Part shown: in pieces, positions 1-8,795 of the stretch
Layout of the letters: every line of letters starts with the position of its first letter
Position numbering within the stretch: the first letter of the stretch is position 1
IMG/VR virus record: IMGVR_UViG_3300013013_000010
Length of the DNA stretch: 64,000 nucleotides
DNA from: a virus
Reading direction: 5' to 3' (one strand)
Notes under the pieces: generated by a model
Database searches by the model: none
What the model was told of the DNA's origin: nothing
Seen by the model: the letters and a program-made list of their open reading frames with translations, nothing else
Made by a program: the position numbers and the translations under genes

Positions 1-3
1 AAG

Positions 4-186
4 GTGGCGGCGCGGGTAGCCGACCACCACGACCACGGACCGTACTACCACCGCTACGTCGCCGACCCGGTGTGGGACGCGCTCGGAGGGATTGGCAAGG
101 TGGACCGCTCCAAGGCGGGCCAGGAGTACGCCGGGGTGGTCTTCCCCCCGGCGCGGCCCCCGGCCGAGTTGGCCGTCGCGGCCTAG
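4..186 (+). CDS. Probable 3' end of a gene entering from the left edge (hypothetical)
   Basis: Open from the window start, G/C-rich third codon positions, stop overlaps the convergent LDT stop; no motif recognised. Confidence 0.4.
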   Translation: MAARVADHHDHGPYYHRYVADPVWDALGGIGKVDRSKAGQEYAGVVFPPARPPAELAVAA

Positions 187-845
187 TAGATGATCACCTG
201 GGTGCCGTCGGCGACCCGCTCGAACAGCTCCCGGCCATCCGCCCGGCTCACCCGCACGCAGCCGTGACTTGCGGGCCAGGTCGGCACCGAGTCCGACCCG
301 TGGATCGCCCAGCCGCGGTGGAAGTACAGCGGGTCGTGCAGCACCCCCAGCGGCGCGTGGCGCTCCCCGGCGATCCGGCGCTCCACCCGGAACACCCCGC
401 GCGGGGTGTTGGCCCGCCACAGCCCGCCGTCGGCGCCGGTGTACAGCTCCCCGCTGCCGGTGGACACCGCCATCACCCGGTGCAGCACGCCGCCCTCGAC
501 GAGGTACAGCACCTGGCGGTCGACGTCCACCTCGACGCGGTCGGCCTCGCCGCCGCGCAGCTCGGGGGCGCCCGGGGCGGCCAGCGCCGCGCGCGTGAGC
601 GGCCCGGGGCGGCCGTCGGGGGCCAGGCCGTGGACCTTCTGGAAGGCGATGACCGCCGAGCGGGTCAGCGGGCCCATGCGCCCGTCGACCTCGCCCGGGT
701 AGTAGCCCAGGGCCTTGAGGGTGGCCTGGGTGTCGGCGAGGCGGGCGGTGGCGGGGGTGGCAGCGTCGGCGGGGCTGGGCAGCAGGGCGACGACGATGAG
801 CATGACGCCGACGACGGCGAGGACGGAGAGAACAGTTCTAGGCAA
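183..845 (-). CDS. Secreted L,D-transpeptidase (YkuD family) with peptidoglycan-binding domain
   Basis: N-terminal hydrophobic signal; PG_binding_1-like segment (LKALGY..G.VDG..GPLTRSAVIAFQ...GL..DG..GP.T); catalytic motif HG-x9-SHGCVR. Confidence 0.9.
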   Translation of the reverse strand: MPRTVLSVLAVVGVMLIVVALLPSPADAATPATARLADTQATLKALGYYPGEVDGRMGPLTRSAVIAFQKVHGLAPDGRPGPLTRAALAAPGAPELRGGEADRVEVDVDRQVLYLVEGGVLHRVMAVSTGSGELYTGADGGLWRANTPRGVFRVERRIAGERHAPLGVLHDPLYFHRGWAIHGSDSVPTWPASHGCVRVSRADGRELFERVADGTQVIIY

Positions 846-885
846 GACGGACTCCGTGGGATGAAGCGGATATGGCCCCCTAGAA

Positions 886-1668
886 CTACACGACGCCGAG
901 ACGCTGCTGCTCGGGCCCGCGCAGGGCCTCCTGCCACCACGCCGTCTCCATGTACCCGGGCTTGGGCAGGTGGTGGGCGTGCTCGGCGCACCAGGCCAGC
1001 CCCCACTGGTCCACGCGCTCGCCCTCGCCGCCGCCGGTCAACCGGCACGCCACGCAGGAGTAGTCCCAGGTGTTGGCGACGTCGCGCCAGCCGCCCCCGG
1101 CCAGCAGCCCGGCCAGGGTGACCGCGATCCGGCAGTCGGTGAAGAACTGCTGGGACCGGGACCTGTCGCGCAGGACCGCGGCCGGGTGCCAGGTGGCGAT
1201 GACCAGCCGCCCGGCGCCCGCGACGTCCCAGTACAGCCGCCGCCCACGGACGGCGGACAGGCTCAGCGGCGGGGCGACGGCGGACAGCGCCTTGGCGCCG
1301 ACGACCAGGACGACCCGGGGATCGATGACGCGGAGCTGGGCGAGCAGGTTGGGACGGCAGGCCATGACCTGGGCGGCGGTGGGGTTGTGCGAGGCCGACG
1401 GGTAGCAGCAGGTGACGTTGAGCCGGGCCAGGGTGGACAGGTCCAGGCCCGCGTCGCGCAGGGCGGTCTGGAGCAGGTTGCCGGAGGGGCCGACGAACGG
1501 CTCGCCGAGGGCGTCCTCGGTGCGGCCGGGGCCCTCGCCCAGGACGGCGAAGGGGGAGGGGGTGTCCCCGGCGAAGGGGACCGGGCGGCGGCACTCGGCG
1601 CGCAGGGCGCAGCGGGCGCAGGCCAGGATGCGGCGGCGGGTGAGGGCGCGGTCCAGGACGGTGGTCAC
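886..1668 (-). CDS. Uracil-DNA glycosylase, family 4 (Fe-S type)
   Basis: CxxC, GEGPG..ED..GEPFVG..G, N..CC, C..NL..Q...IDP and TWHPAA motifs; GTG start at 1668 overlaps the upstream stop (GTGA). Confidence 0.9.
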   Translation of the reverse strand: MTTVLDRALTRRRILACARCALRAECRRPVPFAGDTPSPFAVLGEGPGRTEDALGEPFVGPSGNLLQTALRDAGLDLSTLARLNVTCCYPSASHNPTAAQVMACRPNLLAQLRVIDPRVVLVVGAKALSAVAPPLSLSAVRGRRLYWDVAGAGRLVIATWHPAAVLRDRSRSQQFFTDCRIAVTLAGLLAGGGWRDVANTWDYSCVACRLTGGGEGERVDQWGLAWCAEHAHHLPKPGYMETAWWQEALRGPEQQRLGVV

Positions 1669-1901
1669 GCGGGCACCGCTTGGACCACCGGCGGCCAGCC
1701 GACGCGCACGCCGAGCAGGGCCGACCACAGCACGCGGCACTCCAGGTCAGGCCCCCACTGGCGGTAGGTGAGGTAGCCGGTGCCGGGACCGCCGGTGACC
1801 GAGCCCCGCTCGACCAGGGCCCAGCCGTAGTCGGCGATGAGCAGCGCGGAGATGTCGGCGAGGTCGGTGACGCCGAAGGGGGTGAAGGGTTGGGGGGTCA
1901 T
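1665..1901 (-). CDS. Hypothetical protein (78 aa)
   Basis: Coupled by 4-nt overlaps to both neighbours. Confidence 0.65.
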   Translation of the reverse strand: MTPQPFTPFGVTDLADISALLIADYGWALVERGSVTGGPGTGYLTYRQWGPDLECRVLWSALLGVRVGWPPVVQAVPA

Positions 1902-2182
1902 TTCAGCTCCTTGGGGGCGGACGGGTCGGGCGCGTCGATGCGCAGCACCTCGGCGGGGTCAAGCTCCAGCGCCCGGCACAGCCGCACGAACAGCGCCAGC
2001 GATGGCAGACGATCCCCGCGCTCCCAGTGCCCCGGCGTCGTCCCCCCGCCGGTGCCCAGCAGCTCGGCGAGCTGGTCCAGCGACAGGCCGAGGTTCTTGC
2101 GGGCGACGCGCAGCAGCTCGTAGTCCCACACCTCGGCGTGGGCGGCGCGCCGGGCCAGGTCCACCTGCGTCGGCGGCTTCAC
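1898..2182 (-). CDS. XRE-family helix-turn-helix protein
   Basis: LRVARKNLGLSLDQLAELLG....PGHWERGDRLPSL...RLCRALELDP is a typical HTH_3 pattern; GTG start at 2182. Confidence 0.85.
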   Translation of the reverse strand: MKPPTQVDLARRAAHAEVWDYELLRVARKNLGLSLDQLAELLGTGGGTTPGHWERGDRLPSLALFVRLCRALELDPAEVLRIDAPDPSAPKELK

Positions 2183-2925
2183 CGCAGCGCCTCCACCATC
2201 CGCGCGGCGCGGACCTTGCCCAGGCCCCTGACCTGCTGCAGCTCGGCCGCGTCCACCGTCCAGGCCAGCGGCAGGCGGCCGAAGTGGTCCAGGATCGCCG
2301 CGGCCAGCCCCGGGCCGACGCCCTCGAAGCTGGTCAGCACGTGCACCGCCCAGTCCCGCGAGGTCGCCGTGCCCCACAGCCCGGTCGGCTTGGGCCGCCC
2401 GGCCAGCGACGACGCGCCACCCTTGTGCGATCGTGAATGCAGGCCGCGCAGGACCTCGGCGGTGTCGGCGAGGGAGTCGGCGTACTCCACCCACACCCCG
2501 CGGGCCTGGACGGAGTACAGCAGCGCCCGGAACGCCGGGCGGGAGATGGAGGACCCCGGGTGGGCCGCGGCGAGCTGGCCGTCCAGGGTCCAGGTCAGGC
2601 GGCCCTCGATGAGCAGGACCGCCTGGGTGAGGCGGCCCATCTGGCCGAGTTCCCTGGACAGGCGCCCGTCGGCGAGGGAGGCGAGCAGGTCGCGCACCTC
2701 CTTGCGCTGGACGCCCCACAGCCCCCGGCCGCGGCCCTGCCCCCCGACGCCCCAGAGGAAGTCCACACCGTTGCGCTCGGTGGTCAGGGAGGAGGTGCCG
2801 AGGGCCTTGAGCGGGCGGGGCTCGGTGGGGGCGACCAGCAGGCCGGGGATCGCAGCGATGGCGGTGGGGGCGACGGCCAGGGTGCTGGCAGGAGCGGGGG
2901 CAGGGGCGGCGCGGCGGCTAGGCAC
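2179..2925 (-). CDS. ERCC4/XPF-Mus81-like nuclease with C-terminal helix-hairpin-helix
   Basis: GVDF..; QRKEVRDLLASLADGRL (ERK..D-like motif); LLIEG; C-terminal FEGVGPGLA and VRGLGKVRA HhH pair. Confidence 0.75.
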   Translation of the reverse strand: MPSRRAAPAPAPASTLAVAPTAIAAIPGLLVAPTEPRPLKALGTSSLTTERNGVDFLWGVGGQGRGRGLWGVQRKEVRDLLASLADGRLSRELGQMGRLTQAVLLIEGRLTWTLDGQLAAAHPGSSISRPAFRALLYSVQARGVWVEYADSLADTAEVLRGLHSRSHKGGASSLAGRPKPTGLWGTATSRDWAVHVLTSFEGVGPGLAAAILDHFGRLPLAWTVDAAELQQVRGLGKVRAARMVEALR

Positions 2926-4342
2926 GGCGGTCCCAGACGTTGCGGATGCGGGTCTGGGCCAGGACGGCGTAGGCCGGGTCGGCCTCGTAGCCGAGGAAGT
3001 CCATGCCCTCGGCGATGCAGGCCAGGGCGGTGGTGCCCGAGCCGGTGAACGGGTCCAGGACCAGCCCCCCGGGCGGGGTGACCAGGCGGACGAGCCAGCG
3101 CATGAGGGCCAGCGGCTTGACGGTCGGGTGGGTGTTGGCCGTCGGGTGGGGCGTCCAATGCTCCCGGGGGGCGACCCGGTCGAGCTTGGGCTGCTGGATG
3201 CTGCCGTAACCGTCGCTGGGCAGGCGGGTGGCGGGGGCGCCCTCTAGTCCGAGTTCGCGTTCCGAGCGGCTGGCCTTGGCGGTGTAGAAGAACCGGGAGG
3301 CGCCGCCGGAGTCGGTGTGGGAGCGTGGCAGGGCGTTCTCGATGGGGAACATGCCCTTCGCGGCCCAGCCCGTGCCGGTTGCGGCAGGCTTCGCCGCCCT
3401 AGTTCCCGCAGACTGGGCGTCCAGCAGCGCCGCGGCGTCTTCGTCGAGGACCACGTTGGCGGGCCAGCGTCCGACCGGCTGGGTGTACCCGCGGCCGGTG
3501 AAGCGGTGCATGGTGCCCCACTCCCCGTCGTCGTGCTTGCCCTTGGAGTAGGCGCCGCCGTTGAGGCTCTCCTCGGTCGGGATGCGGGCGGCGTCGATGT
3601 TCAGCCCGCCGACGCCCCAGGCCAGCACGTTGGCCGCCACGGTCCCGGCCAGCGGCTTGCGGGCCAGCACGATCGGCTCGTGTGCCGGTTTCAGGGCGGT
3701 GCCCCAGCCGTCCCAGCGTTGGGCGTCGGGGGTGGCGGGGGCGGTGATACGCGCGTCGGTCTGCTGTTGGTGCTGGCTGTAGCCGTAGGCCGTCGCGCCG
3801 GGTGTCTTCATGCCGTTGGGCTTGCGCCGCAGGTAGTCCTGGTTGATGCCGACGACCTCGCGCTGCGCCCCGGCGGCCTTGTCGATCGCCTTGCCCACGT
3901 CCATCGACTTGGGGAATCCCTGCCCGTACAGCCACTGCAACTGGTCGCGGATCTCGAACCCGGCGTCCTCCACCCCGGCGGCCATGCGGTGGTAGGTCCT
4001 GGTCCCCCCGAAGCTGAGCAGGTAGCCGCCGGGCTTGAGCACGCGCAGCGCCTCGGCCGCCCAGGTGGTGGTCCAATCCTGGAAGGCGACCATGCGGCGG
4101 TTGTGGTCGTGACCGTAGGACGCGCCGCCGAACTCCGCGCGGGCCCTGCTGTAGGGCGTGGCCTTGAGGTCCTGCTCGGTCTTGTAGCCGCGGGCCGCCG
4201 AGCCGAAGCGGTCCCACGCCTGGCCCATGAAGCCCAGCCCGTACGGCGGGTCGGTGACCACCGCGTCGACCGAGTTCTCCTCCAGCAGCCCCATCCCCTT
4301 GACGCAGTCCCCGGGCCGCACCCTGGGCAGGTACCTACTCAC
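2918..4342 (-). CDS. N6-adenine/N4-cytosine DNA methyltransferase (beta class)
   Basis: GDC..., VTDPPY near the N-terminus; HPTVKP..L; LDPFTGSGTT near the C-terminus; GTG start at 4342. Confidence 0.93.
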   Translation of the reverse strand: MSRYLPRVRPGDCVKGMGLLEENSVDAVVTDPPYGLGFMGQAWDRFGSAARGYKTEQDLKATPYSRARAEFGGASYGHDHNRRMVAFQDWTTTWAAEALRVLKPGGYLLSFGGTRTYHRMAAGVEDAGFEIRDQLQWLYGQGFPKSMDVGKAIDKAAGAQREVVGINQDYLRRKPNGMKTPGATAYGYSQHQQQTDARITAPATPDAQRWDGWGTALKPAHEPIVLARKPLAGTVAANVLAWGVGGLNIDAARIPTEESLNGGAYSKGKHDDGEWGTMHRFTGRGYTQPVGRWPANVVLDEDAAALLDAQSAGTRAAKPAATGTGWAAKGMFPIENALPRSHTDSGGASRFFYTAKASRSERELGLEGAPATRLPSDGYGSIQQPKLDRVAPREHWTPHPTANTHPTVKPLALMRWLVRLVTPPGGLVLDPFTGSGTTALACIAEGMDFLGYEADPAYAVLAQTRIRNVWDRRA

Positions 4343-4691
4343 GGCGGCCCCGCAGCTCGTCGATGTCGGCGCGCAGCTCCTCCACGGCCCGGGCGACCTG
4401 GCCGACGGCGGCCATGACGGTGCGCCGGTCCTCCTCGACCACCCCCTCCAGCTCGTCCACCGCCTTGCCCAGGTCGTCGAGCTGGCCGTCCAGCTCCAGC
4501 ACGGCGTCCTCGGTGGCCCGCAGCGCGTTGTTGACCTCGGCGACGTCCTCGCCGCCACAGGCCAACACCTCGGCGAGCTTGGCCTCGTCGCGCTCGACGT
4601 GCTCGGCGAGCAGCTCCACCGCCTGGCGGGTCCAGGCGTGCACGTCCGGTGGCGGCGGGCCCAGGCTCCACAGCGGCGGCAGGGCGCTCAC
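4335..4691 (-). CDS. Coiled-coil hypothetical protein
   Basis: Heptad-rich acidic helix; overlapping start and stop with neighbours. Confidence 0.65.
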   Translation of the reverse strand: MSALPPLWSLGPPPPDVHAWTRQAVELLAEHVERDEAKLAEVLACGGEDVAEVNNALRATEDAVLELDGQLDDLGKAVDELEGVVEEDRRTVMAAVGQVARAVEELRADIDELRGRRE

Positions 4692-5002
4692 GGGGCGGCC
4701 TCGTCCAGCCAGACCACGATGGTGTCGCCGTTGTGGCCGTGGATGGCCTTGACCGCGCCGATGCTGTCGTGCACCGCGGTCGACGACGGCGCGGTGCTGG
4801 TCCGCCACCGCACCACGCAGCGGCCGTCGGAGAACTGCACCCCCTCGGCGACCATGCCCACCCCGGACACCCCGGTGGGGTCGCGGCGGCGGTGGAGGAT
4901 GAAGCGGCGGAAGGAGTGCTCGGCCAGGCCCTCGGGCTCGGGGTCCCAGGCGACCGGCTCGGCGGCGCTGTAGCCCAGGTGGATCGGCTTCAAGCCGCTC
5001 AC
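4688..5002 (-). CDS. Conserved actinophage-type hypothetical protein
   Basis: RRF.L.R..D.TGVSG.G.VAEGV.FSDG....RW...ST....S......IHGH.G.T pattern recalled from phage hypotheticals. Confidence 0.75.
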   Translation of the reverse strand: MSGLKPIHLGYSAAEPVAWDPEPEGLAEHSFRRFILHRRRDPTGVSGVGMVAEGVQFSDGRCVVRWRTSTAPSSTAVHDSIGAVKAIHGHNGDTIVVWLDEAAP

Positions 5003-5232
5003 CGCGCGACCCTCCAACCCAGGAACGCCACCGCGGCGGCCAGGGCCCAGATGGCGGCGGCCAGCGGCCCCCCGCAGCTCGCCACGTCCTCAAGCTCGGT
5101 GGCCCCGGTGGCCTCGTCGAGCAGGGACTCCTCCCACTCCTCCTCGGCGGCCATCCCCAGCCGGTCGCGGTGCTGGACGGCGTCGCCCTCGCCGGGGTAG
5201 CCGGTGTGCATGCTGTAGCCCTGGCCGGTCAT
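4999..5232 (-). CDS. Small protein with C-terminal hydrophobic segment
   Basis: Coupled ORF ending in LAAAIWALAAAVAFLGW. Confidence 0.6.
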   Translation of the reverse strand: MTGQGYSMHTGYPGEGDAVQHRDRLGMAAEEEWEESLLDEATGATELEDVASCGGPLAAAIWALAAAVAFLGWRVAR

Positions 5233-5444
5233 TGCCCTACTCCCTTGGTGATCTCGGTGACGCAGATGCGGAACACGCGCTCGGCGACGACGACATCGAC
5301 GCAGTCGTCGGTCGGGTCGGTGACCAGCGGCGGGCCGCAGCGGGCCTTGCCGTCGGGGCCCTTCTCCCAGATGTCGGCGTCCAGGAGCAGGTCGACGAGC
5401 AGGTCGACCGGCTTCATGCCAGCGGCCTGGTAGTTCCAGATCAC
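5229..5444 (-). CDS. Hypothetical protein (71 aa)
   Basis: GTG start overlapping the ATPase stop; coupled gene chain. Confidence 0.55.
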   Translation of the reverse strand: MIWNYQAAGMKPVDLLVDLLLDADIWEKGPDGKARCGPPLVTDPTDDCVDVVVAERVFRICVTEITKGVGQ

Positions 5445-6196
5445 GGCCGCCACCCGGCCCTGGCGATCAGGTAGCTCATGACGAAATCGCGCACCGGCTG
5501 GCGCTCCAGCGGCTTTCTCCCGCGGTCCTTGACCGTGGTCAGCGTCCACTCCCCCGGCTTGAGCACGCCGGTCAGCAGGATGGTGTGGAACAGGTGCGCG
5601 GTGTGCTTCTGGCCGACCGGCTTGACCCCCCAGGCGCCGAAGGTCATGCGGATCTCCTTGTCGTCGGAGTCCCGGTTGATCGCCTCGACCTTGGACGTCG
5701 CCAGCACATGCCCTCTTGCCGAGAGGATGTGCTTGGTGGAGCTGCGGTAGATCTTGTTGATCACGCCCCAGTCCTTGTACCCGTCCAGCGCGCCGCCCTT
5801 GGAGTTGGCCTTGCGCGCTTCGAGGAAGAACTCGTCGGTGCCCTTGGAGAAGATCTTGGCGATGAAGTAGTCCTGGACCAGGTCCCAGGACGGGCCGACC
5901 ATGTCGATGACCATCCAGTCGTCGGGGGTCATGGTCTTGTTGATGCGCTCCAGCGCCGCCATGTACTCGGTCCACTCGTCGACCAGGTAGACGGTGACGC
6001 GCTCCTTGAGGTGGGGGAACTCGGAATCCAGCATCACCTGGGCGCCGAAGTCGGTGTCGACGATGTAGACGTGGCCGGGTCCGCCGCCGCGCTCCAGGGC
6101 GTCGGCGATCTTGAAGCTCGCGTAGCTCTTGCCCGAGCCCCAGGGGCCCATGAGCAGGATGCGCTCGCGGGCCTCCCGGGTTGGACGCAACACCAT
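5441..6196 (-). CDS. P-loop AAA ATPase (Sak4/AAA_24-like recombination protein)
   Basis: Walker A GPWGSGKS; Walker B-like MVID; adjacent to an exonuclease. Confidence 0.8.
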   Translation of the reverse strand: MVLRPTREARERILLMGPWGSGKSYASFKIADALERGGGPGHVYIVDTDFGAQVMLDSEFPHLKERVTVYLVDEWTEYMAALERINKTMTPDDWMVIDMVGPSWDLVQDYFIAKIFSKGTDEFFLEARKANSKGGALDGYKDWGVINKIYRSSTKHILSARGHVLATSKVEAINRDSDDKEIRMTFGAWGVKPVGQKHTAHLFHTILLTGVLKPGEWTLTTVKDRGRKPLERQPVRDFVMSYLIARAGWRP

Positions 6197-6265
6197 GTGA
6201 TGCTCTCCCTACTGTGCGTAGTGTCACTGGGCATGGGGATGCCCAGCCCGGCCGCGTCGTGGTTG

Positions 6266-7270
6266 TTACTTCTTGGGTGGTGTGACGCGAATCTGCTCTG
6301 ATTCGGTGACCATCTCGAACGGGGTCACGTCCATCATCGCTCGCAGCGCGTCGATGTTGACTCGGCGGCTGGTGATCGTCTTTCTCATGATCGACCAGCC
6401 GTCGATGTTGGTCTTGTCCAGCCCCGCGTCGGCCATGACCTTGGCCAGCCGGTCGCGGGCCTCTGCCTTCATCGCCTCGGCCTGCACCACGCGCTCGCGG
6501 GCGGCGTCATAGCTTTCGGCGAGGACCTTGAGCTGCGCGGCGGTGTCGGGCAGCACCGCGCCGGTCTCGTCGATCTCGGCGGCGTCAAGGCCGCTGCCCT
6601 TGTCGGCGTCGTCGTGCAGGTACAGGAACGGGCAGCCCCACTTCTTGTCCGCGTCGCAGGGGCCCAGCTCGCCCTTGCGCCCGGCGGCCTCGACGCGGGC
6701 GACCTTGGCGACGACGTCGGCCAGCGGCACCGGCGGGTCGTCGAAGATGGTCACGTGGACCTGGCCGGAGTTGCGGTTCTTCACGCAGAACAGGCCCTTG
6801 CGGCCGGAGGCGATCATGTAGGAGGAGAACTGGTAGGCGTACTTGGGGAACGCGGCGAAGCCGTCGCGCAGCCACAGCTTGAAGGTGTCGGCGCCGAGTG
6901 CCTTGACCTCGGCCACGTAGTGCTCGTCGTCGGCGATGGCCAGGGTGGCCATGGCGTCGACGTGGCCGCGGACCACCACGCCGGGCAGGACGGGCAGCAC
7001 CAGCGCCTCCTGCTCGGCGTGGATGATCCAGCCGCCGCGGCGCAGGAGCTCAAGGACCAGCGCCTCGTGGTGGTGGCCCTCGGCGAAGATGGTGCGCAGC
7101 CGCTCGGGGAACGGCAGCGGGACGTAGCCGATGCGGGCGGCGGCCAGCGCGCGGAAGCAGTCCCCGACGGCCGAGGCGCGGTAGACGACGGTGCCGTGCT
7201 CGTCGATGTGGACGTTGCCGCGCTCGTGCTCGTCGGGGGCCAGGGTGGTGGTGTCGACGGGGTCGGTCAT
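6266..7270 (-). CDS. Cas4-like/RecB-like PD-(D/E)xK exonuclease
   Basis: RASAVGDC; G...E; GHVD...EVK; YQ..SY; C-terminal C..C; ATG at 7270. Confidence 0.8.
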   Translation of the reverse strand: MTDPVDTTTLAPDEHERGNVHIDEHGTVVYRASAVGDCFRALAAARIGYVPLPFPERLRTIFAEGHHHEALVLELLRRGGWIIHAEQEALVLPVLPGVVVRGHVDAMATLAIADDEHYVAEVKALGADTFKLWLRDGFAAFPKYAYQFSSYMIASGRKGLFCVKNRNSGQVHVTIFDDPPVPLADVVAKVARVEAAGRKGELGPCDADKKWGCPFLYLHDDADKGSGLDAAEIDETGAVLPDTAAQLKVLAESYDAARERVVQAEAMKAEARDRLAKVMADAGLDKTNIDGWSIMRKTITSRRVNIDALRAMMDVTPFEMVTESEQIRVTPPKK

Positions 7271-7473
7271 GGCCCCTCCACAACGCGGGCCACGAGGTGT
7301 CGGCGGTCGGACTCGGCCTCGGCCTCGGCCTCCCAGGTGAAGGTTGCCGAGGCGGTGGTCAGGTCGACGTGCACGGCGGTGATGCGGGAGTGCAGCTCGG
7401 CGATCTCGCGTCGGGCGCGCTCCAGCAGGAGGATGGCGGTGCCGTCCAGGCGGATGCTGGCACGCTCGGTCAT
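7267..7473 (-). CDS. Hypothetical protein (paralog of 7580-7768)
   Basis: Coupled ORF sharing LL...R..I..L...IT.V...T.A.A.FTW with 7580-7768. Confidence 0.65.
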   Translation of the reverse strand: MTERASIRLDGTAILLLERARREIAELHSRITAVHVDLTTASATFTWEAEAEAESDRRHLVARVVEGP

Positions 7474-7583
7474 GGCCGGATCGCCCGGCACAGGCACCAC
7501 AGGGCGAACGCGACAAAGGCCAGGGCTGCGATGCGGACCGCGGCGTCGGGCCAGGAGTCGGTGGTGGCCAGGATGGCGGTCAT
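7470..7583 (-). CDS. Small membrane peptide (37 aa, below ORF-track cutoff)
   Basis: MTAILATTDSWPDAAVRIAALAFVAFALWCLCRAIRP; ATGA overlaps at both ends. Confidence 0.55.
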   Translation of the reverse strand: MTAILATTDSWPDAAVRIAALAFVAFALWCLCRAIRP

Positions 7584-7768
7584 TCCCCGATCTCCTCGGT
7601 GGCTCGGATCTCAAGCACCCAGGCGTGACTGGCGTCGTCCCAGGTGAACACCGCCGTCGCCGCGGTGACCAGGGCCAGGTCCACGCGGGTGACCTCGGCG
7701 GGCAGGTCGGTGAGGGCCTGGCGGGTGGCGTCGAGCAGGGCGACGTCGTTGAGGTCAAGGATCATCAC
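7580..7768 (-). CDS. Hypothetical protein (paralog of 7267-7473)
   Basis: See the paralog; coupled ORF. Confidence 0.65.
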   Translation of the reverse strand: MMILDLNDVALLDATRQALTDLPAEVTRVDLALVTAATAVFTWDDASHAWVLEIRATEEIGE

Positions 7769-7787
7769 TGCCGCCTCGCGGGCCGGT

Positions 7788-8057
7788 TCACGGCGTCACC
7801 GGCCGGTGGGTGGACTCGAAGACCCGGGCGCGGACCGGCCAGTACTCACCGGCCGCGCCCGGCCCGGCGAGGTAGTCGCCGGGCCGGGCCTTCATGACCC
7901 CCTCCAGGGTCTCGATGGAGAAGGCGCAGGGCATCGCCACGGCGGTCACCGGCGCGGTCTTCCACCAGCGGGTCGGGTGCAGGTCCAGGTAGGCCAGCGC
8001 GTCGGCGATCTCGGCGAACGCGACCGGCCCGTCGGGGGTGTCGAGCATGATGGGCAC
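7788..8057 (-). CDS. PGDYG-like conserved phage protein
   Basis: TLEG.M.A.PGDY...G..GE.WPV....FE.T pattern. Confidence 0.7.
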   Translation of the reverse strand: MPIMLDTPDGPVAFAEIADALAYLDLHPTRWWKTAPVTAVAMPCAFSIETLEGVMKARPGDYLAGPGAAGEYWPVRARVFESTHRPVTP

Positions 8058-8795
8058 CTACGCGCGCGCCTCGGCGTAGATCCCGGCCTCGTCCACGACG
8101 CGGCCGAGCAGGTCCTCGTCCTCGGTGATGCCGTCCAGCTCCACGGCCCGGTCGACGAACTCCTGGTGGGAGGCGGCGTCCTTGGCCAGCTTGCGCAGCC
8201 GGGCCAGCAACACCGCGTTGTTGGCCGCGTTGCCGTTGGTCGCGCCGTTGGTCGCGGTGCCGCTGGTGGCGGTGGCTGAGACCGGGGCGCCGGTGACGGT
8301 GACCTGCCCGGCGGCCGGGGACGCCGACTGCGGGGCGCTGCCGGTGCCCAGGTACTCCACGGGCAGGGTCTTGTCCTGGGCCTCCAGGTTGCGGCCGAAC
8401 TCCACCCGGACGGTGCCGAAGCGCAGGCGGATGCCCTCCCAGACGCTGGCGTCGGTGGGGCCCTTGCCGCGGCGGGAGAACTCGTCCATGAGCGCAGGCT
8501 GCTGGGACGCCCAGTCGATCACCCGGCCGTACATGGAGTTGCGGTTGAACGCGCGCTCGCGGCCGGACTCGTGGCGTGCGGTGCGCCCGCCGTCGGTGGA
8601 GGTCCAGCCCGACCCGCAGGAGTAGAGCTGGGTGCGCTCGGCGCGCTCGGGGTCGGTGGGGTCGTCGACGGCGACCTCGAAGGCGATCACCAGGGTCTGG
8701 CCGGAGTTGTAGCGGGCGTCGGTGGTGAACGTCGCCGAGGTGATGACCCCGGAGTAGTCGTCCTGGAGTCCGGACTCGGTCTTCCACTCACTCAT
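8058..8795 (-). CDS. Probable ssDNA-binding/recombination accessory protein
   Basis: Beta-rich N-terminal half, low-complexity linker and small C-terminal helical domain; lies in the AAA/exonuclease operon; function inferred. Confidence 0.45.
   Translation of the reverse strand: MSEWKTESGLQDDYSGVITSATFTTDARYNSGQTLVIAFEVAVDDPTDPERAERTQLYSCGSGWTSTDGGRTARHESGRERAFNRNSMYGRVIDWASQQPALMDEFSRRGKGPTDASVWEGIRLRFGTVRVEFGRNLEAQDKTLPVEYLGTGSAPQSASPAAGQVTVTGAPVSATATSGTATNGATNGNAANNAVLLARLRKLAKDAASHQEFVDRAVELDGITEDEDLLGRVVDEAGIYAEARA

Noticed and set aside
6266-7270. Cas4-like nuclease as part of a CRISPR adaptation module with the RAMP gene
   Set aside because: It lies 21 kb away in a standard AAA/exonuclease recombination operon; solo Cas4-like nucleases are common in phages
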